Origin: Terriglobia bacterium
GTDB lineage: Bacteria > Acidobacteriota > Terriglobia > Acidiferrales > UBA7541
Length of the DNA stretch: 64,000 nucleotides
Assembly (NCBI GenBank): GCA_963695545.1
Contig: OY968796.1
Span: forward strand, 3,712,001 to 3,776,000
Reading direction: 5' to 3'
Under the pieces are notes generated by a model. That model was not told where the DNA came from. It was given only the letters and a program-made list of their open reading frames with translations, and did not search any database. Below, piece by piece: positions 60,562 through 64,000 of the stretch (position 1 is the first letter of the stretch; each line of letters begins with the position of its first letter). The position numbers were made by a program, and so were the translations under genes.

Positions 60562-61824
60562 ATGCGAAACGTCTTCGATCAATATCGCCATCCAGAAAAC
60601 CGACTTACGCACGCGCTCGCCTCCTCGCTAGAGGCTGACCGTCGTTTGCTTCATCGATTTGTTCGGTGGGTGACGGGTCGCGCCGACAAAGTTCCTCACG
60701 ATCTGGAGATTGTGGAGCAGCAACTCCCTGGCGAAGAAGAAGTGCGGGATGAGGACGAGACCGAGCGCCGCGGCCTGCCGGATGCTTGGATTCACGATGA
60801 CGATACGTGGGCTCTCATTATAGAAAGCAAAATCCAAGCCCGTCTTACAAAGGGGCAACTTGATCGTCATCGTCGTACCGCCGAGCTTCGCGGATTCTCA
60901 GACATCAATCTTGTCGCCTTCGTTTCGCAGCGCCCACAACGACCCGTCTCCGACCGCGTGAAAATTGTCGAGTGGACGAAGCTCTATTCCTGGATGCGGG
61001 GCGAAGGGGCATCAGAATGGGCGCGTCGATTAACGGCGTACATGGAAGTGCTTGAGCGAAAGCTTGTCGAGGACGATTATCTAAAGGAGGGAACAATTAC
61101 CGTGTTTTCTGGCGTTCCTTTTGGTCGAGACTATCCCTACAACTATCATGAGGCCAGGCGACTGATACGCCTCGCTCTCAGTGAGCTGAGAGGGAGACGT
61201 GACTTGCGGCAAGACGCCTGGTTGAATCCTGGAGGCAAGGGGCGACCTGCCATTACGGGACGGGATGGTTCTTCCGTATGGGATCTCCTTCCGCTCGCAA
61301 GAGCGCAATCTGCGAAGAATTTCACGGAATATCCCCACCTGTCTCTTGGCATTAATCGAAAATATATGGACGCGGGCGTCACGATTCCGGACGGGATTCG
61401 GCGGAAATTTCGCCGTAACCTTCTCGCGGGAGGCAGGGAAGGATTCTTGGAACTGTTTGGGGAGGTCCACAACAATCTACGGAGGTCGCTCGCAGCAGTC
61501 GAAGGCGCGGCGCCGCACGCCGAAATCGTCCAGCGTCACTTTCCTTCGCGGCGTGCTGCGCCCATCATCGACGCCAAACTCCAGTTTGATCTACGGACTG
61601 CGTTCACTAGCCCCAAGGGCTGGCGAGAATCGGTTAAACAGCAGCCCGAATGGCTTGAAGCAGTCTACGAAGTGCTTTCCGGAAAGCAGTCAAATATCCA
61701 GTTTACGGTGGGCGCAGTTTTTCCGTATAAGCGATGCCGTGCCGTAAACACGCCGATGATCTTGGATCACGTCGCCCGCGTCTGGCTCGCGTGCAGACCG
61801 CTGATCAGAAAAATGTTGGAATAG
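60562..61824 (+). CDS. hypothetical protein with N-terminal PD-(D/E)XK nuclease-like domain
   Basis: EN.LT N-terminus, LPDAWI...LIIESK motif; lower-GC codon usage. Confidence 0.7.
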   Translation: MRNVFDQYRHPENRLTHALASSLEADRRLLHRFVRWVTGRADKVPHDLEIVEQQLPGEEEVRDEDETERRGLPDAWIHDDDTWALIIESKIQARLTKGQLDRHRRTAELRGFSDINLVAFVSQRPQRPVSDRVKIVEWTKLYSWMRGEGASEWARRLTAYMEVLERKLVEDDYLKEGTITVFSGVPFGRDYPYNYHEARRLIRLALSELRGRRDLRQDAWLNPGGKGRPAITGRDGSSVWDLLPLARAQSAKNFTEYPHLSLGINRKYMDAGVTIPDGIRRKFRRNLLAGGREGFLELFGEVHNNLRRSLAAVEGAAPHAEIVQRHFPSRRAAPIIDAKLQFDLRTAFTSPKGWRESVKQQPEWLEAVYEVLSGKQSNIQFTVGAVFPYKRCRAVNTPMILDHVARVWLACRPLIRKMLE

Positions 61825-61940
61825 CCCGATGTGCCCGCGCTAACTGGCTGATCAGGAGGCAGAAATTGTGCCCGGTTTAATCAAAACTCCCGGCTTTCGG
61901 CCTCAGGCACGCTATGTCTGCTTCTGTGCTGCCGCCTCAT

Positions 61941-62240
61941 CTATGCGCGGCGCTTGGGGCTGACCGGTTTTCGTTTCTTCCTCTTCAGCGACGCGAGCAT
62001 CTCGTCCACGGAATCGAAGGGGCCATAGTAAGGCCCATCGCGTGCGGTCGCGAGGCGTGCATCGATGGCCCGACGCTGCGCGGGCGCGTATTCGTCGTCC
62101 GCCGCTGGAAGCTTCGGGATGATGTTTATTACGCCCCCCGAAACCTTGAATTCAACCTGATCGCCGCTTCTGAGACCGGCTCTGCGGCGTACGCTTGGCG
62201 GTACGACAAGGTCAGCTTTCTTTTTGACGGTGACGGTCAT
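61941..62240 (-). CDS. AbrB/MazE/SpoVT family DNA-binding protein
   Basis: VVPPSVRRRAGL.SGDQVEF. Confidence 0.75.
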   Translation of the reverse strand: MTVTVKKKADLVVPPSVRRRAGLRSGDQVEFKVSGGVINIIPKLPAADDEYAPAQRRAIDARLATARDGPYYGPFDSVDEMLASLKRKKRKPVSPKRRA

Positions 62241-62619
62241 GGCGGATGATCTTTTTAGAATTGAAGCTGCACTTCGGACTAGCGGCGTCCGCAGAGCGCG
62301 TCAACGCAAATGAGGCCCGCAAAACCAAAGCGATGATTTGCGGCATTCGCGGCATTCGCGGCATTGCCGATGCTATCGGGTTAACAGCTCCGATTGCGGT
62401 TACAAAATCTGGAGGCGAAGGAGGAGGGTCGGAAAAGTGTGTGAGAAACGGGTTCGAGAAGTCCTATGCGGGGCCTTGGGATTTTCACGTAACCGCCGAA
62501 AAGGCTATGCAGTGGAGAACCTGGCGGGAGCGTTGAAAACTGGAGCAATCAGATATAAGGTATCGGTCGCGCGGGAGTAAAAAATCGATATTCCGGCTTA
62601 GAACTGGGGAAGGCGACAG

Positions 62620-64000
62620 ATGACGACTCTCTGGCGGGATGTGCGGTACGCCGGGCGGATGATCGCGAAAACTCCCGGGCTTTCGGTGATCATCATTCTG
62701 ACGCTGGCGCTCGGGATCGGAGCCACCACAGTCGTCTTCAGCATCGCCAATACCCTGATGTTCCAGCCGCTGCCTGTTCCGCACGCTTCTCGGATTATGG
62801 CGGTCGGGTTTCAGCAGAAGGGGAATCCGCTCGGCCTGGGGAGTCTTTCCTATGTGGAGTTGGGCGATTTCCAGTCTCAATCGGGCGACGTTTTCGCGGG
62901 CTTATTCGGAAGCCTGGTCAGGCTCTCCGGCTTCGGGCTGGAAGGTCATCCGTCCGAGCAGCTGCTCTCCAATTACGTGACCGGGAATTTCTTTACCGGG
63001 CTGGGCGTCAAGCCGGTGCTAGGGCGTCTGTTTGCCCCTGGCGAAGGCGAGCAAATCGGCGCGCCGCGTACAGCGATTCTCAGCTATGCGTTCTGGAAAT
63101 CGCATCTCGGCGGCGATCCCGGCGTGGTGGGCCGGTCGGCGCTGGTCAATGGAAAACCGACCGAGATCATCGGCATCGCCCCCGAAGGATTCCACGGCGC
63201 GGTGCCTTCGCTGATTGACATGCAGTTGTACCTTCCGCTGAGCATCGTGGCCGAAGACCAGGCCGCTACTCCCGGCGCGTTCGCGGGCGGAAATCTGTTC
63301 ACGAACCGCACGGACCGCGAACTCTCCGTGCTCGGCATGTTGAAGCCCGGCGCGAGCGCAGCCCAGGCGCAAAGCCTGGTTCGCGTGATCCAGGAACGGC
63401 TCGCCAGCCAGTATTCCAAAGACGAGAATGGACTGGTAATGGAAGCCATTTCTGCTCCCAGCGGCGTGCCGGAAACCGGCATTTTGCGTGTGATCGCGGC
63501 CTTATTTGTCGGGCTTTCGGGGATGGTTCTGCTGCTCTCGTGCATGAACGTGGCCAACGTACTGCTGGCGCGTGCGACGACGCGGCAGCAGGAGATGGCT
63601 ATCCGTGCGGCCCTGGGCGCGCCGCGAAGCCGGCTGATCCGTCAGATGCTCACCGAACCTGTGCTGCTCGCGCTGCTCGGCGCCGCTGCTGGGGTGCTGG
63701 CGGCCCGTTGGACCATGGCCGCCATCTTCGCCCTGCCTGCCTGGGCCGCGCGGCGGGCAGACTTCGTGATCCTCCAATTTAGTTTCGATTGGCGCGTGTT
63801 CCTGGTGGCCTTCGGCGGCGCGATTGTGGGCGGAGTCGCTGCGGGAATGTGGCCGGCCATTCAAGCCGGCAGGACCAATCTGAATCTGGTGCTGCACGGG
63901 GCCGGCCGCAGCGATTCGGCCGGGGCCGGGCGCCATCGCCTGCGCAATATCCTGGTTGTCGCGCAGGTGGCCGGCTCGCTTGCGTTGCTGATCGCCGCCG
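62620..64000 (+). CDS. ABC transporter permease (ADOP/MacB-like), 3'-truncated
   Basis: translated by eye: MTTLWRDVRYAGRMIAKTPG..LTLALGIGA, C.NVANVLLARA..RQQEMAIRAALGA.R.RLIRQML.E. Confidence 0.92.
   Translation, partial: MTTLWRDVRYAGRMIAKTPGLSVIIILTLALGIGATTVVFSIANTLMFQPLPVPHASRIMAVGFQQKGNPLGLGSLSYVELGDFQSQSGDVFAGLFGSLVRLSGFGLEGHPSEQLLSNYVTGNFFTGLGVKPVLGRLFAPGEGEQIGAPRTAILSYAFWKSHLGGDPGVVGRSALVNGKPTEIIGIAPEGFHGAVPSLIDMQLYLPLSIVAEDQAATPGAFAGGNLFTNRTDRELSVLGMLKPGASAAQAQSLVRVIQERLASQYSKDENGLVMEAISAPSGVPETGILRVIAALFVGLSGMVLLLSCMNVANVLLARATTRQQEMAIRAALGAPRSRLIRQMLTEPVLLALLGAAAGVLAARWTMAAIFALPAWAARRADFVILQFSFDWRVFLVAFGGAIVGGVAAGMWPAIQAGRTNLNLVLHGAGRSDSAGAGRHRLRNILVVAQVAGSLALLIAA

Noticed and set aside
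62340..62366. 3 x 9-bp tandem repeat GCGGCATT(C/G)
   Set aside because: Short intergenic minisatellite with no supporting context
1..64000. Many long antisense or alternate-frame ORFs in the track; tRNA/rRNA genes
   Set aside because: Shadow ORFs are expected in high-GC DNA opposite recognised genes; no tRNA or rRNA signature was noticed in the intergenic regions

Overview
GC-rich bacterial chromosome segment, most consistent with Acidobacteriota (inferred from Oar-like TonB-dependent receptors, an ADOP/MacB-type permease and gene order). It is mostly housekeeping: the 3' part of a Ser/Thr kinase, a PilZ protein, a his operon (hisI-G-D-C-HAD-B-H-F-A) with a His-codon leader attenuator, a divergent heme cluster (ccsA-like-hemA-C-D-B-L / hemE-hemN-methyltransferase-hemY), IclR plus TBDR, an ECF sigma/anti-sigma pair, TPR-AAA-vWA, Kdo hydroxylase, a CoA-disulfide reductase-like gene, BCP plus TBDR, a cyclase-like protein, tsaE-nnr, two APC permeases, thiE-accC-accB-M24 peptidase, pilMNOPQ, ubiD, higBA, a PD-(D/E)XK protein and a partial ABC permease. 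Two signals are not explained by the ORF track. (1) A cassette present twice (33.0-33.8 kb on +, 58.4-59.6 kb on -) has a conserved promoter, a non-coding array of degenerate ~27-bp units, a GGGG/CCCC hairpin and a paralogous C-x9-C-x11-C-x2-H protein. (2) A poly-cysteine leader peptide (CCCCCCRC) with alternative RNA pairings lies upstream of the TBDR-peroxiredoxin unit. Frameshifts in hisD, hisG and both permeases look like assembly errors. All calls come from reading the sequence by eye; no database searches were run.
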